From: Paraphysomonas bandaiensis
Lineage: Eukaryota > Protista > Chrysophyceae
Length of the DNA: 64,000 nucleotides
Direction of reading: 5' to 3'
Assembly (NCBI GenBank): GCA_965644295.1
Contig: CBFFRP010000209.1
Span: forward strand, 1-64,000
The notes under the pieces were generated by a model that saw nothing but the letters and a program-made list of their open reading frames with translations, was not told where the DNA came from and ran no database searches. Each line of letters opens with the position of its first letter. Position 1 is the stretch's first letter. The position numbers were made by a program, and so were the translations under genes. Of the stretch, positions 25,826 through 38,964 are shown in pieces.

Positions 25826-26257
25826 TTTATTTACCCGCATGCAATGTCAATAGTGAAACACATGCCTTGCCGATATAGTGGCATAATGGTAGCTCCATAC
25901 CGTATTTTGCGTACTTCACATATATGATTAGTATTGGTGGAATGCTATTGGAATTATATATGAAATAATAAAATATGATCTATTTATTTCTCAGAAGTTA
26001 CTGATTTTAATGTTGTTATCAATTATACATGCTGCCCAGTCTTTCATTGCATTTGTATTTTGTATTGGAAAGAAATGACAGCGAAAAGCTCTCGCGGAGT
26101 AACGACGATAAAATTCTCTAGTCAGGTAGATTGGGAGAGATATGGTGATACTTTGACTGCTAGGACATTCAATATTGACATTAATACAGGTAGTTGTATC
26201 TAGATTTCAGGCACTCACAAGATATCTAAACGAAAATATAGGTAAAATCTTCAGCAT

Positions 26258-26579
26258 GGGCATCCGGGACAGGGACCACCTGAAGGGTAACCGGGGTATT
26301 GGGCTGCCTGCTGAAGTCAAGCATCTGGGATGTTCAACTTAAGGACTCAAAAACCTGAAGTCAGCAGATGTCAGGTATATCAATATTCCGCTTGCTCACG
26401 GCGTATGCATTGAGTAATGAGTGATAGAGCAGAGGTGGTTGCACCTTGGTGCTTGCGGCGATAATAGTGTTTGTACGGGTGACAGGTAGACATCTATCTA
26501 GCTTGACTAGTTTTTATGTAGCTGAGCAGATAAGCTGGTGCTGATTATTAACGATTATTGCTAATAATAAGGCTTTCAA
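26258..26579 (+). repeat. Truncated copy of an unclassified dispersed repeat (matches 43892-44175)
   Basis: Shared GGGCATCCGGGACAGGG..CACCTGAAG..GTAACCGGGGTATTGGGCTGCCTGCTGAAGTCAAGCATC and shared end TATTGCTAATAATAAG[GA]CTTTCAA. Confidence 0.85.
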
Positions 26580-27616
26580 TAATATACGTACCATAGAATA
26601 CAGTATAACTAATGACCGCATCCTTCCATACATGACATGAAATAGGAATAGTTGGAGAGCATAAAGTCATCATGCTATTTTTAGTGCATTGCGTTACTTT
26701 TTTTCGTTCCTTGCAGTTGTGTCGTTTATAATTCCAAAGGCACTTGTGCCCCCCCTGCCATGAGATTTAGATTTTGAGATTAAATATCATAAATCTGCAT
26801 GGCAACAGTTGTATCAATGCTTCTCTACAACGATCACATAGAAGTTGGTCACGGTGGGGACGAATTCATCCATGTTGCAGGGAAGGTGACGATCACCTAA
26901 ATGTTACTATTAAGATAAATCATGAACACAATGTTAACAGACTGCCAATAGTCTTCTGACACTTCTGCTTTACGTATTACTAATATAGATTATGATGTGC
27001 GCATATGTGCATATCCCACACAGTATGTACCACAAAGTAGGCCCCAATCCAACCTGTATGGTTTTGAGGACGACATTTATACGTCGACACAAGAGGACGA
27101 GGTTACAAGATTATCTCAAATCTACAATAACAATAATCCATGCAACTATGCTATGTAGCTATATATATATCATCAAGATGCATAGCTATGTACTTACAGG
27201 CAGTATATATATAAGATCCACAAGCAAAAAGATTGTATCCAAACATAAAAACTGAATATCCTATTGTACCTTTTCAAGATACTCCTCATCTGTCCTGTAG
27301 TCTGACGCTTGGCATTGTTCTACAACTGTAGTCAATATTCTTATAATCTTTCTGGATTATATCCACCAAAATTTCTTATTAGATTTTACATATGAAACTC
27401 TATGTAGAATATACATATACATACTGTACGTACAGGCTGTACGTACATACTGTACATCTCCTTCTGCATCTATCTATATATAAGCCGCGTATATATTTAA
27501 GGTAGTGTTTCCATACCAGTCACTTGGCAAGTGCTGAGGTCTAATTAGAAACTCCAAGCCTATAGTTCATACACAGACCTTTAGGGTACGTGTTTGCTTG
27601 TCGTTTCTTGTTCAAA

Positions 27617-30407
27617 ATGGAGTCTTTTACTCTTGATATTCAAGAAATAAGAAGACCAGAGTCGACCTTTCGGTATGTATGACTATCTCCTTAATATGAC
27701 TGTATTCCTTATAAGTATTGTATAGAATACAAGTGTACTGGTGGAGCTCTATACGTGATATTAAAGTAATGATACATTCATTAACACATGAGCCTCCATC
27801 TCGTCAACATCTTTATCATTCAACTAATCCATCAGAGCTTAGTAATTCTCTTACTTTACATGATCTTGGGATTGAAAAATCGGGTCGAATGCTTCGTATT
27901 GCGATTGACTACCGTAATCAAGGTGATTTCACAATTACTCCTACTAAAGATGTCTTGTTGGACAATGCATCACTGGAGATGATAAATGCTGTGAGGCTGG
28001 GCTTCCAGCGCAATAAGGCACCACGAGCTACTGATGTCTTCGAGAGCTCGGGTGGGGTATATTTCTTGCGAAACACCTTTGGATCGTATGTGGCTGTGTT
28101 TAAACCCCACGACGAGGAGCAAGGCATGCCAAACAATCCCAAGGACCGAGTGGGTACAGGAGAAACAGGTTTGCGAGAATATTTCCTGCCCGGACAGGGG
28201 TGTCTGAGAGAACTGGCGGCGTATATTATGGACTACAATCACTTTAGTGGGGTTCCTGCGACCACTCTGGTTCACTGCGAGCATCCAACGTTTCACTATC
28301 CGCGGCACCACAATGTCGGGGAAAAGACTCTTCAGGGTGAATCATTCCCGAAGCTTGGAAGTTTGCAAGCATTCGTACGGGGGGCAGAACTGTTTGAAGA
28401 TCTCGGGCCGAGTCTGTTGAGGTAAGCTTGTTTTGGTTATAATTCCGTGGATTTCTTATGCTGTTGTGCAGCGATTTTCAAGTTCAGAAGATCGCTCTAT
28501 TGGATATTCGTCTTATTAACTGCGATCGTAATGCTGCAAATATTTTGGTACAGCTCAAACATTCGCATAACGATACGGAGTCACCTGACCACCTTAGTCA
28601 ATTTAGCCACGATTCTGGCGAAGAGTTGGTGGTGTGCGGAAGCCCAGGCAGCCGTGGGGAGATGGATATGAACATTGACATGAGTGTTGGGGCGTTGTAC
28701 GACTTGGTTCCTATTGACCACGGATATTGCATGCCATCGCGACTGAAAGTTTACGAATGGGATTGGACATGGTTCAATTACGCCCACGTACAGCGACCAG
28801 TTCACCCTGATATTGTTGCCTATATGAAGTCTATTGATATAGAGTCGCTTTTGAAGAAGTTGACTTGTCAAGTGGCTCTATCCGACGATAGCATTTTCTT
28901 ATTACGACTTTCCCACTTTTTATTACTGAACGGTATTAAGGCTGGGCTTACTCTCAGGGACATTGCCGATATTGTCGTACGGTCAGGGGATAATGAAGAT
29001 GCACCTTCTCGTCTGGAGATGGCAATAGACGAGGCGGAGGAAAACGCTTTTCGATCGATCGAACTCAAGTCCACTCGTCCCCGGTCGTTTTCCCTCAGCC
29101 ACAGCCCCATGCACGATGTAAACGACGGCGTCAAAAACCGGGACTGCAGTGTATGTAGGGAATGCTCTGATTCTGTGGTTGGAATGTCTAGCTCAACTCT
29201 TTCTCCTGGAGCAGAACCTGTTCCAACGCCAGCCGAAAAGGAAGATGAGGTCATGTGTTCACATGCCTTAAACCATTCTCCTATGCGCCCTGTTCTTCCG
29301 TCATCCACTTCATGGAACAATTTGTTTAAGGCAGCACCTTCTGTTGCACCGGCCTTTCCTCTGGAGCCTATTAAAGAAGCCAGAAGAGAGCGTGGGTTAA
29401 GCTCTCTGTCCAGTCTCAGTGATGGTTTGGACCCTCCGGAGTGGACCTCTTCTGCACAAGTGAATGGACTGCAGGAAGACACTAAGATGGGAAATAATGG
29501 TACTGGACACTCATTGCTTGATGTACAAGATGATTTCCCAGATGGGGTGCTCGAAGCCAAGGGTTACCATTCAAGTTACAATGCGAACAAGCATGTTGAT
29601 AGTCCACCATCTCTGAATAACAAAACCGATTGTAACCGACATTCCCCTCGATGTACTGGAGATACCCAGGATATACAAGATGCGCATGAACCTTTAGTGC
29701 AGTCAATGTATGGAGCCAAGGTGGATATGGGAGGGCTGCCTCTACGAGCTTTGCGTAGTATTGACAATACAGTGTTCACAAGCTCTGTCTCACGACCTGC
29801 TCGCATCACTAATAAAAATCAACAAAAAGTTCTAGACAGCACTGCCGATCTCGCAGTTGCGGAAGAAGTATCAAACGGCCTCTCATTGTGTACTGAGGCG
29901 ATTGCTATTAAAGGGTTACCGCGAGATCGTCATATGCCCGGTGGAGAGCGTTCTCCGGATTCGCCCGTGTTCTTTCCAAGGGATGGTCCACCTACAAGAA
30001 TTTCCACTTCGACATTCTCTCGCCCCCCTGTGTCCACCAATGGGGGACACAGCGATGACAATGACTATTCCTTCTATGCCTTTGAGAGCAGAGATAACTC
30101 GGATGATGACTATGGTGCACACGAGAGTAACTGTGGGCCTTCTCCGTCTGATTCGTTGATGGACTCCCTTTTTGATGTACCTATACCAGAGGCCGTCCCG
30201 TTAGCCCGTGTTGTGTCTTTCTCGGGTTTTGAGTCTCGTCCTGTGTATAGTAATTCATCCATGCGAAATATGGGAAACCTTCGACTCGAGAGACGCCGCG
30301 TGATTGCGGAGTCACAAGAATTCAAGCAACTCCGATTGGACTTTGCCGAGAGACACGTAATGTCCATAGTCAATAGAGTTGCACTGGCGAAAAAGACCAA
30401 TGTATAA
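27617..30407 (+). CDS. Type II phosphatidylinositol 4-kinase gamma-like protein with N-terminal ubiquitin-like domain and long disordered C-terminus
   Basis: SSGGVYF, AVFKPHDEE, LRELAAY, KLGSLQAFV, DIRLINCDRNAANILV, PIDHGY; introns ~27673-27725 and ~28422-28471. Confidence 0.92.
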
Positions 30408-32408
30408 AAACACTCAACTGCTTTTATCAATATCGCATTGGGATTGTATTATAACCTTCTTTATTGTTCATATTTTTCAAATTTCAAAAAAAAATGGCAA
30501 TTAGTACTTGCCTGTATTGAAGTATGTGTATAGCATTCAATATGCGAATAATGTATTGCGGATACGTTTATAGTGGTGTTAGCAGATTGGAAATTCAATC
30601 GGCGGTTTTCATTTTCTGCAGTGAGCATATGTTGATATTATGTCCAGCACATAAGATTTTCTGTTTCTGGTAGCTGGAGAAGTTTCACTTATCAGTTTAA
30701 TATTTAAACATGTTTATTGTTTTCACTCTGGTGTTGTTAATTCCTCTGTCCTCAGACAATTAATGTTGGGATAGAAGAAACAAAACATGTGTCGCCCCTT
30801 GGAATGGCTACCGCAATCCCGATCAATATGAATAAATGCACATCTACAACTACTTACTTGTTTAAGGCAACTTCCCAAGTCTAGAAATTGTATCTTCTTA
30901 TCAATAATTATTAATATGTAATTTTCCCTGACCGAAGGAGTGACAGTTATTCTTTAAGTACTGATATATCTGTAAAAATCAGCTATCCGGTTATTGTATG
31001 CTATATGAGCTCTCTAATGTATATACTTAAGTTTGTCATACTATCTGTGCAACAGAGGTTGAATATTATTATTATTACAATATTTCACATTAAGCTATAT
31101 GATATATTATTACTTATGGCTATGAAAAACCATGCTTATTGCTTATCATTGATATTTATATATCCATTCAAAAGATAAAGAAAGACATGATTGCCAACAT
31201 AATGAAGATAATGATTGATGATGTATATATATTATATATTCATGCTTAAGGCTGGAGGCGAATGATAGTGTACAGTGTACAAGATTTGGAGTCTATAAGA
31301 AAGACCACCTTAAGAATCATCATGCTAGGAAGACTTGATCCTTCAATTGTCAATGCTAGTGAAGAACAAATAAGAGATATTGGCATTGCTTTCGGTCTAG
31401 ATGAAGCAGACTTAGAGATCCTAGTGTCTCATATCAGTCTAATTATAGTTGTCGACTATAAATATTTCATTATCAATTGCTGTCTACAAAAAGAGTTATT
31501 ATTCTTTAATTGTCGTTAATGTAAACTACCTGTAATTTTAGTACTTAGTCTAATCAACATACTGAATTCAAGATACAATGATTTTAGAACAAAATACACT
31601 GTATTTCTGGATATGAAACCCATATTTCTCCAGAAAATTTCTTCAGTCTTACTTATCTTAAAATTTGGTGAACATCGATATACTGTTTTGAAGTCAGTAT
31701 ATCAGTAGCAAGCTCATATTGCTTAACATTGTCATGAACTGCAGTGTTAGCGTCATTTATCTCATGTGATATGCAGTTATGCAGTGGGTCTCTTAGGAGT
31801 ATGTAGATACATACTATGAGTGAGAAGAGAGTGAAGTTAACTTATCTGCTCATCGATTCGTTGGTGATTAGCCGCTAATTGGATGACTCCACACTTCACA
31901 CTTCACTGTGCTAGTCAAATTACCGGATTAGATGCAAAATATTGAGTGTTGTTCATTTAATAGACGCAAAGTATGATTGTACAGTGATGATGATGATGTT
32001 CATAAGAAACATAAGCATCCCGATGTAATGTCCATCTCAATGAATGATCAGAATAGATAACATTATCAGAAACAAGATGATGATATCGAGCAATTAGTCC
32101 GAGATGGTTTAAACTTTAAAACTTAGCCTGGTTATGCTCGGAGAGGATACACACATTCGTATCAATCCACGGACAATTCGAAGGAAGTTACTTTATTTTC
32201 CATGTTTTTTGGTTTGTACTTCATCAAAAAAAGATGTGTTTTTGTATGTTGGCTGCTCAAAATGGGTGTTTTGTCCGACCGCAGTGTAATACGATCGTAG
32301 TTTTTTATGACAGAGTTTATAGATATAAAAATCGATACTTTCTTAGTTTTTCAGTATTTTTTAGTGTGTGTATGTTGTGGTTGTTGGATCTACTCATATA
32401 AGTATACT

Positions 32409-34262
32409 ATGACAGAAATATGTATACATGAAGAGGTTGATCATTACCTCCAAATAGACGTCATCTTCCAGTACTAGTGACCCCTCTCCATTGAACTGTG
32501 AGTTATGGCATTTTCTGTTGCTAACAGTCTTCATTTTTTAAGTCGTGAAGCGACTATACATACAGAGGTCGAACACACGTTACTTGATATGATATCAGCT
32601 GTAGAGGTAATATACATATATATATAAGGAATCTATATATCTGATAGTCATTTCATGGGGATAGCAATGGAATGTGGAGGAGGAAAGGATGAAACATCAA
32701 GTGGAGAGTGATAAGGTGATGGATGTTGTCTGATGTGTGTGTATGGGATGTAACTGCATGTATATTACAGTTGAGAAAGATATCTTCAGAACTTAGAAAA
32801 CAGATAGATAATTTGAGTAAAGAAAAAGAGGATGCTGTGACTGTTAACAGTCGTATTCGCCAGCAAGCTGCTGAGGCACGGGACTGCTTTGTGGCAGATA
32901 TAGCGCAGGTGTTGAGTGAGAGCAGGAACACAATGAATTTGCGCAATAAGATTAAAGAACTGCAACGTAAAGTGCAAGTCGTCGAAACTCAAGACGCGGA
33001 ACTAAAAGAGCTGCGTAAGAAAATAAAAGACTTAGAGAAGGTGGGGAGCTCCGGAAAGGGTACTGGTGTTGTAGCAGTAACACCTGCGCCTAGAAAACGT
33101 GTAAGGAAGTTTCTTATCCACCTGGACGACCCTCTTCTTCTAGCTGTGTTTTCGTTTCTAGAGACAAAAGATGTGATATGGGCTGCGCAGGTAGAGCTAC
33201 TGGTAGTACTACTCACTTTGCTGATCGCTAAGTACACAGACTTGTCGGTATGTATTCAAAAGGGTGGACACTCTGTTTGGGATCGAGTCTCAGATCGTCC
33301 GCCCGGAGTGGGGTCAGGAGCCGATATATCCCACCGTACCCAGCACTGCTCAAGCTCCCACTTCGTCTGGACCCCAATCTGCCGGGGGAAGTGTTGGACT
33401 CACCAAGACCATGGCGGAAGCTCTTTCTGCCAAACTTAGCGGTGGGTGAACGATAAGTTGTTGATAATTTTAATCACTGTTTGACAGCTCCTGAACTGAA
33501 GACAATTATTGCAATGAGTGAACAACAGCGCAAGAGTAATGCACATATCGAGCAACTGACAGCAGAGAATGAAGACCTCAAAGCGCGTCTAGACAGCACA
33601 GAGAGTGTGCGTGATTTCCTCATTGGCAAACTTAAAGACGCTGAGCTAGCTATAAAGACAGCTATGTCTGAGAAAGCTGTACTAAAGAAGCAGTCAGCAA
33701 CCGACCACGAGGTAATTTCTATGCTTTTTTGCTACAATGCTTATATTTAATAGTGCTTTGCAGGTAATTTTTTTCCTGGACAACCATACTCAGGAGCTGG
33801 AGAGTAGTCGAGATCAATTGAAGAGAAAGTGCGAACAACTGGAGGCTTCGTTGGACCTAGTGCAGAACTCAAACTCCCATAAGGTTCGTAGTCTTTCTGT
33901 CCATATATTATAAATATGATGACGTGATTGATAACAGGAACGGCAGTTGACGATGGAAGTAAGGGAACTGACTGACAAATGTGAAATGAATGATGCCAAT
34001 TATAAATCCCAGAAGGTATGTTTAGTATTTAACGGATTTGTCAAGAAATGATAGTGATTTTTTGTAGAAAATACTTGTGAAGGAGGTAAAAACTCTTAGA
34101 ACCCAGCTAGAAGCACTTAAGGACGAGAGGGATATGTATCAGAAACAATTACAGGTGATGCGTGATGCTTTGAGTGGGAATTTTCCCACGTCAACTACAG
34201 AACATCGTAGCTCGAGCTCCAATAGTGAAGCTAGATTAAAAAGTAGTTCTAAGCGCTTTTGA
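32409..34262 (+). CDS. Coiled-coil protein with an internal F-box-like motif (multi-exon; start uncertain)
   Basis: FLIHLDDPLLLAVFSFLETKDVIWAAQ/TCRYVFKRV; heptad-rich exons ending KILVKEVKTLRTQLEALKDERD. Confidence 0.7.
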
Positions 34263-34809
34263 TGTCTCGAAGAACTTGTTTTCTGTTTTATAGACTTAGG
34301 AACTTAGGATTATATTATAATAATATAGTCCGTTTGTTGTCACGTCATGCTTGCGAGTTGCCGAATATCAGGGCTGTGCAACAATTAATTTATGCAGGTG
34401 ATGATTGTAAATTTCAGTTTTGAAAATTTATTAACAGTTACGCCTCGAATCTTCGATAGCATGCATATATTGTCTGTAAGCCCAGGTTTTAACGTCAAAT
34501 ACTTTTTGTATTAGTTATGAAATCTTTCCGTATAAGTGTATCTAGCTAAAAAGTACTGTAAAGCCATCAAAGTTCTGATTTCATTCCAATGCAGTGCACA
34601 AAAATAATGTTATTAATAAGGAAGACCAAATCCATTCTTTACTAAGAATATTTGGCGAGATACCACACAGGACTCCATACCCAATAAATCGATATACAAA
34701 GTTAGCTAGCGATCAAATCATGTCTCATATCACAATACACACTGATGTGGACATGGAAGTTACATACTTCCGCCGACTAACTTTCTTGGCAACCATATTC
34801 GGAAGCATA

Positions 34810-35235
34810 CTACCGTAAACATCCAGAGAGTGAGGATGGCTTCACTACAAATTCTTGGTCAACATCCCATGAACTCTGTGATAAAATAGAGTTCTGATTA
34901 CGAATTTTGTAATCTAATAGCATATCTTTTTTCTTTAATAATGCACTTTTACGGTTTGGAAACGTTCCAATAAGGACACCATTTTTTATACCTGTTTGAC
35001 TCTTTCCAACGCCATACTTATCACTGAGTAGACTACAGTCACGTATACATATCTACATATTTCATATATACCTTATTAATATTAAATCATGAGGACGTGA
35101 AGTGCTTTCTTTGGATTTTTGTACCACTCCAATCTTTTTAGATGGCGAAAGACCAGGTGGATACTCCTCATTAAAAGTAAATGAGCGATCAAAGAGATAT
35201 CCCTTTGGTGGTTTAGGTTCCGGGGATGATGACAT
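34810..35235 (-). CDS. Small hypothetical protein (2 or more exons)
   Basis: MSSSPEPKPPKGYLFDRSFTFNEEYPPGLSP.. followed by a frame-preserving GT-AG intron at ~35033-35071; divergent from the LSm10-like gene. Confidence 0.4.
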
Positions 35236-35713
35236 TAGAGGGTTATCTGATCATAATAAGTAATACATGTGTGGTTATATAATGTGAGATATCCATACAG
35301 TCCAGAGTTACATGTTGGCTTGGTTGTCATACGATGGCAGTGTATGTATGGCATACTGCTGTACAAGTCGTTATATATACTGGATACTGGTGTACAGAGG
35401 GGAGTACAGCCGTATGTATTCCACGGACATACACTCCATATCGTAGTACAGCTGTACGTCGTAGTTTGCACACAGCAGTCAGTACTGTTCATACAAAGTA
35501 GTTCAGGGGTGGTAAAACTGGGTTATTGGAGAAAAAATAACAAAATAATCCCTTTTCAATACATTTTCTGACATAAAACCATACATTTCCATAAATCAAG
35601 TAAAATTTCGGAATATTTCAGAATATTTAGGAATATTTAGGAATAGAAATCACTGTTCAAATCATTGCCACCATTAAAGCAAATGCACTGAGAACATTGT
35701 TACTATAGAACCA

Positions 35714-36127
35714 ATGGAACAGGAAGTATTTACTCTCAATAAGAGAGTACCACGGATTCAAAAATCATTAGGTATATTGCTTGTTAGTTTGCAAGGTCAT
35801 AATGTAGTGGTTGAACTGAAAAACAATGTCGAAGTATCAGGTCTGATTGAAGAGGCTGATAGCAATATGAACCTAACTATGCGTAATGTTGAACAATGCT
35901 TTCCTAGTGGAGTTATTAAACATATGGATATTGCGTTTATTAATGGGACTACTGTGCGTTATGTTCATATCCCCACACAAATCAATGCCGTCAAGCATTT
36001 GAATGATTATGTAAGAATACTCATACGTAATGTCTTTTTTCAGCTGATTTATGGGATATAGATGTCTACCGTGAAGAGAATATCTAGAGGAAACAAGCAG
36101 CACCAAAGGAAACCAGCTAAACCGTAG
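35714..36127 (+). CDS. LSM10: Sm-like protein, most similar to LSm10 (U7 snRNP)
   Basis: KSLGILLVSLQG..VVVELKN..VSGLIEEADSNMNLTM (Sm1) and FINGTTVRYVHIP (Sm2); intron 36011-36061; TAG at 36125-36127. Confidence 0.7.
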
Positions 36128-36540
36128 TTTTCCTTGTGTGGCCACGTGATTAAATGCACGTGGCATCATAGTACGTTTTCATACACAATGTGATGATACG
36201 TTTTGGGGCTCGGGATAGTATAATGCCTCGGTGTGGAACGGAATCAGGGTATATAGTGCCACCTTTGTCGTCATGATATGTTTCACACGCTATATTACAT
36301 GTTTTTTAGCACAGGACTTTTGTTATTGCATAATCATTAGCTAACCATGATCATATGAACAGAAAACACAATACCAATTGGCCTAGTATTCGCTGATCTA
36401 CATGTCTCAGCGAGACTAATTATTCATAACCTCTTCTCGTGTTGTACATTTTACTTTTAAGAAATTCATAATCAGCAGAACACACTTGTTTGGGTCCGAT
36501 GCCACTGCTATGCCTTCCTACTCTCGCGGTTATTTATTCA

Positions 36541-37804
36541 CTAATTTGCTATCATGACTTTGAAAGACAATATATGTTTACTAGTTATATTAGCAATAAT
36601 AATAAAATTTACGTAAAAAAAATATTCCTGTACTGTAGCCATTAATCGAATGTAAATAACATGAAGTATATAGATATATGCGGTATGCTGGTCACCAAGG
36701 TGGACCTCTATACCGTTTACTTGACATTTAGGTTCCAACGTAATTTCAGTCCCATGATAGAGTGAACACACAAGTATGGACTCAGTATACGGAATTTGAC
36801 ACTTTCCATATTCTTAATGAAGATCTTGTTGTTCCAGCCCAAGTATATTCATCTAAGCGCTGAATCCAAGATGTCACCTTATTGTGAATAGAGAAACTCC
36901 ACATCTTCTGTACATTTGGAAGGGAGTAAAACGCAATACAGTTACAAAGTCCTAGACAATATGCTGTTTTGAAGAGTATATTTATCCATCTACGATTATA
37001 TCGAGCAAACGAGGCGAGGCGAAATATCGTGGGGAATAAATAACACAGAAGTAGAATAATGGGAAACCACTTCAACTGACTAACAACATTTCGAATGACT
37101 CTGGAGGCTTCAGCGAGGCCATAGAGTTCGGGCTCAATAGAATTAGTTTTCTATAAAATAAGTAAGTCAACATATATTAATCAAGTTCTACTGTACCAGC
37201 ATAGTACTTATACGCCCACTCACTAATGCATATATTATGACAGCGTAAGTCATCGCGACCCAAAGAGGTATGTAAAAGCACACTAATATAATAAATATTC
37301 TCCTTCTGCTGCTAATATCATCACGAATCCAGCTGTATAAGAAACAATGTCATGTAAGAAACAATACTATTCCATAAAAAGGATTCCCCACCAAAAATTG
37401 CTTGTGTTATCTCTACCATACGCACCCAGCGCAGCCGGGATCACAGACATTAGTGCAGGTAATCCCCATATAGTAATTACAACAGGACTTTTAACCGCAT
37501 CTTTAGTTACGTTACGTGAACTTTCACGGAAGAACAAAATAAATATCGTATAAGTTATAAAAATAGATATTAGTGATGTTGTCAAGCCGAAATAGTTGAT
37601 ACCAACAGCCTGAATATGACATAACGCCTTGTTATCTGGCATTTGTAGAGTATAAAATAAATGTCCAAAGATATCTGATATAGCTAAATACATAATCAAT
37701 TGACCAGAACCAGATCTCAACTTTGGAAACATCGCCAGACTTATGCACGTTAAGGATGCCCCTGCGAGGCTAAGGCTATTGAGTACGACATCAACATTCG
37801 ACAT
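36541..37804 (-). CDS. 7-TM GPCR, cAMP-receptor/GCR1-like (multi-exon)
   Basis: LIMYLAISD, LCHIQA, IWGLP, AYG..F/WCWI, LKWFPIILLLCYLFPTIFR, GLCNCIAF. Confidence 0.8.
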
Positions 37805-38964
37805 ACTGATGCACTGATATGCAATATATATAGCTGCTGTAATTACGACACCAGTAAGGTATACTAGTTCCTCATTGCTATCTATATTCTATGGCTTCAA
37901 CTGCGATTGGATGATAGAGGAAAAGAAGATACGCACATGTGTATATCCACCAGCAGAGGGTGTATAATCCAATCAAAATGACTATACTGGTATACGCAAG
38001 TAGTTTCTATCAGAGTGGGAACATTCTATGAAACATCGTATACTGTATTTTCATATAGGTAAAATCTCCTATTTTTAATATGAAAGTATACTTTTTAAGC
38101 ATAAAAATATGTACTTTTTTCTTCATGTCATTGAAATCCTTCATATTTCTGGACATGCAATGTACACCAGCTTACAGAGTTTAGCGAACACGACTTAGAC
38201 TTGTTGTTGCAAGACGAGGATACAAGCAGAGAAGAAGTGGTGACATATGACGATAGTGAAGCAATCAAGCACACTGGGGAACCAATGATATTTCCGTTAT
38301 GAATCTTACAGCTTACAATTGATGCAACTGTGCAAAGCTCCTTTTCTGGATAATAAAGTACATGATAACTTCTGCTGTTATTCATTTAGTGTAACGAATG
38401 TGGACTGGTATCTACACTTGGGAACAATATATGCAATAGTATTGCAAGGCTGTCTCCATTCTATTATATAGCTATACCTTTTTAATCGTCCTGACAATGC
38501 ATTATTTACCTTATTACAATAGTATTATACTCAGCTGCTAAATATATGCGTATAGTCTAGTTCTAGTCATTAAGATCACATGATAGCAATGATTACCTAG
38601 TATTCGCTAATTCGTATATCGCATTATCATCATTAATACAAAATTATCTGGGATATGTTTACAGATAACAAGTGAAGAAGGATGAGTAGTTTTGCGCAAC
38701 ACTGAGAAAATATTTACTTTTAGCTGCACTGAATAGGCGTTTACAGACCGACAAGTGCACCTGTGCTTAGGTATATCAACTTGCGATTTCCTATTTTGTA
38801 GAGCAATAATGATGCCAGGGAACAATCGCCAGACACCAGATAATAATGAATACAATATATTCAATAACATTAGAGAGTGCTTTACAATATAACTGACACA
38901 TCAAATTAGATAGCGGAATATTCTACGAAAACAAGTGCTAACCACAGTACTTGTGCAAATACTT

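Noticed and set aside
27918-30430. Antisense ORFs over PI4K (similarly over gag, MFS, phosphatase and RCC1 genes)
   Set aside because: Shadow frames of well-supported genes on the opposite strand
31262-31519. 85-aa ORF with a SAM-like helical stretch
   Set aside because: Isolated in AT-rich DNA with no supportable gene structure or family motif
35609-35646. 10-bp repeat GAATATTT[CA][AG] x3-4 upstream of the LSm10-like gene as a heat-shock element or CRISPR-like array
   Set aside because: Spacing does not fit nGAAnnTTCn and there are no spacers; a simple minisatellite
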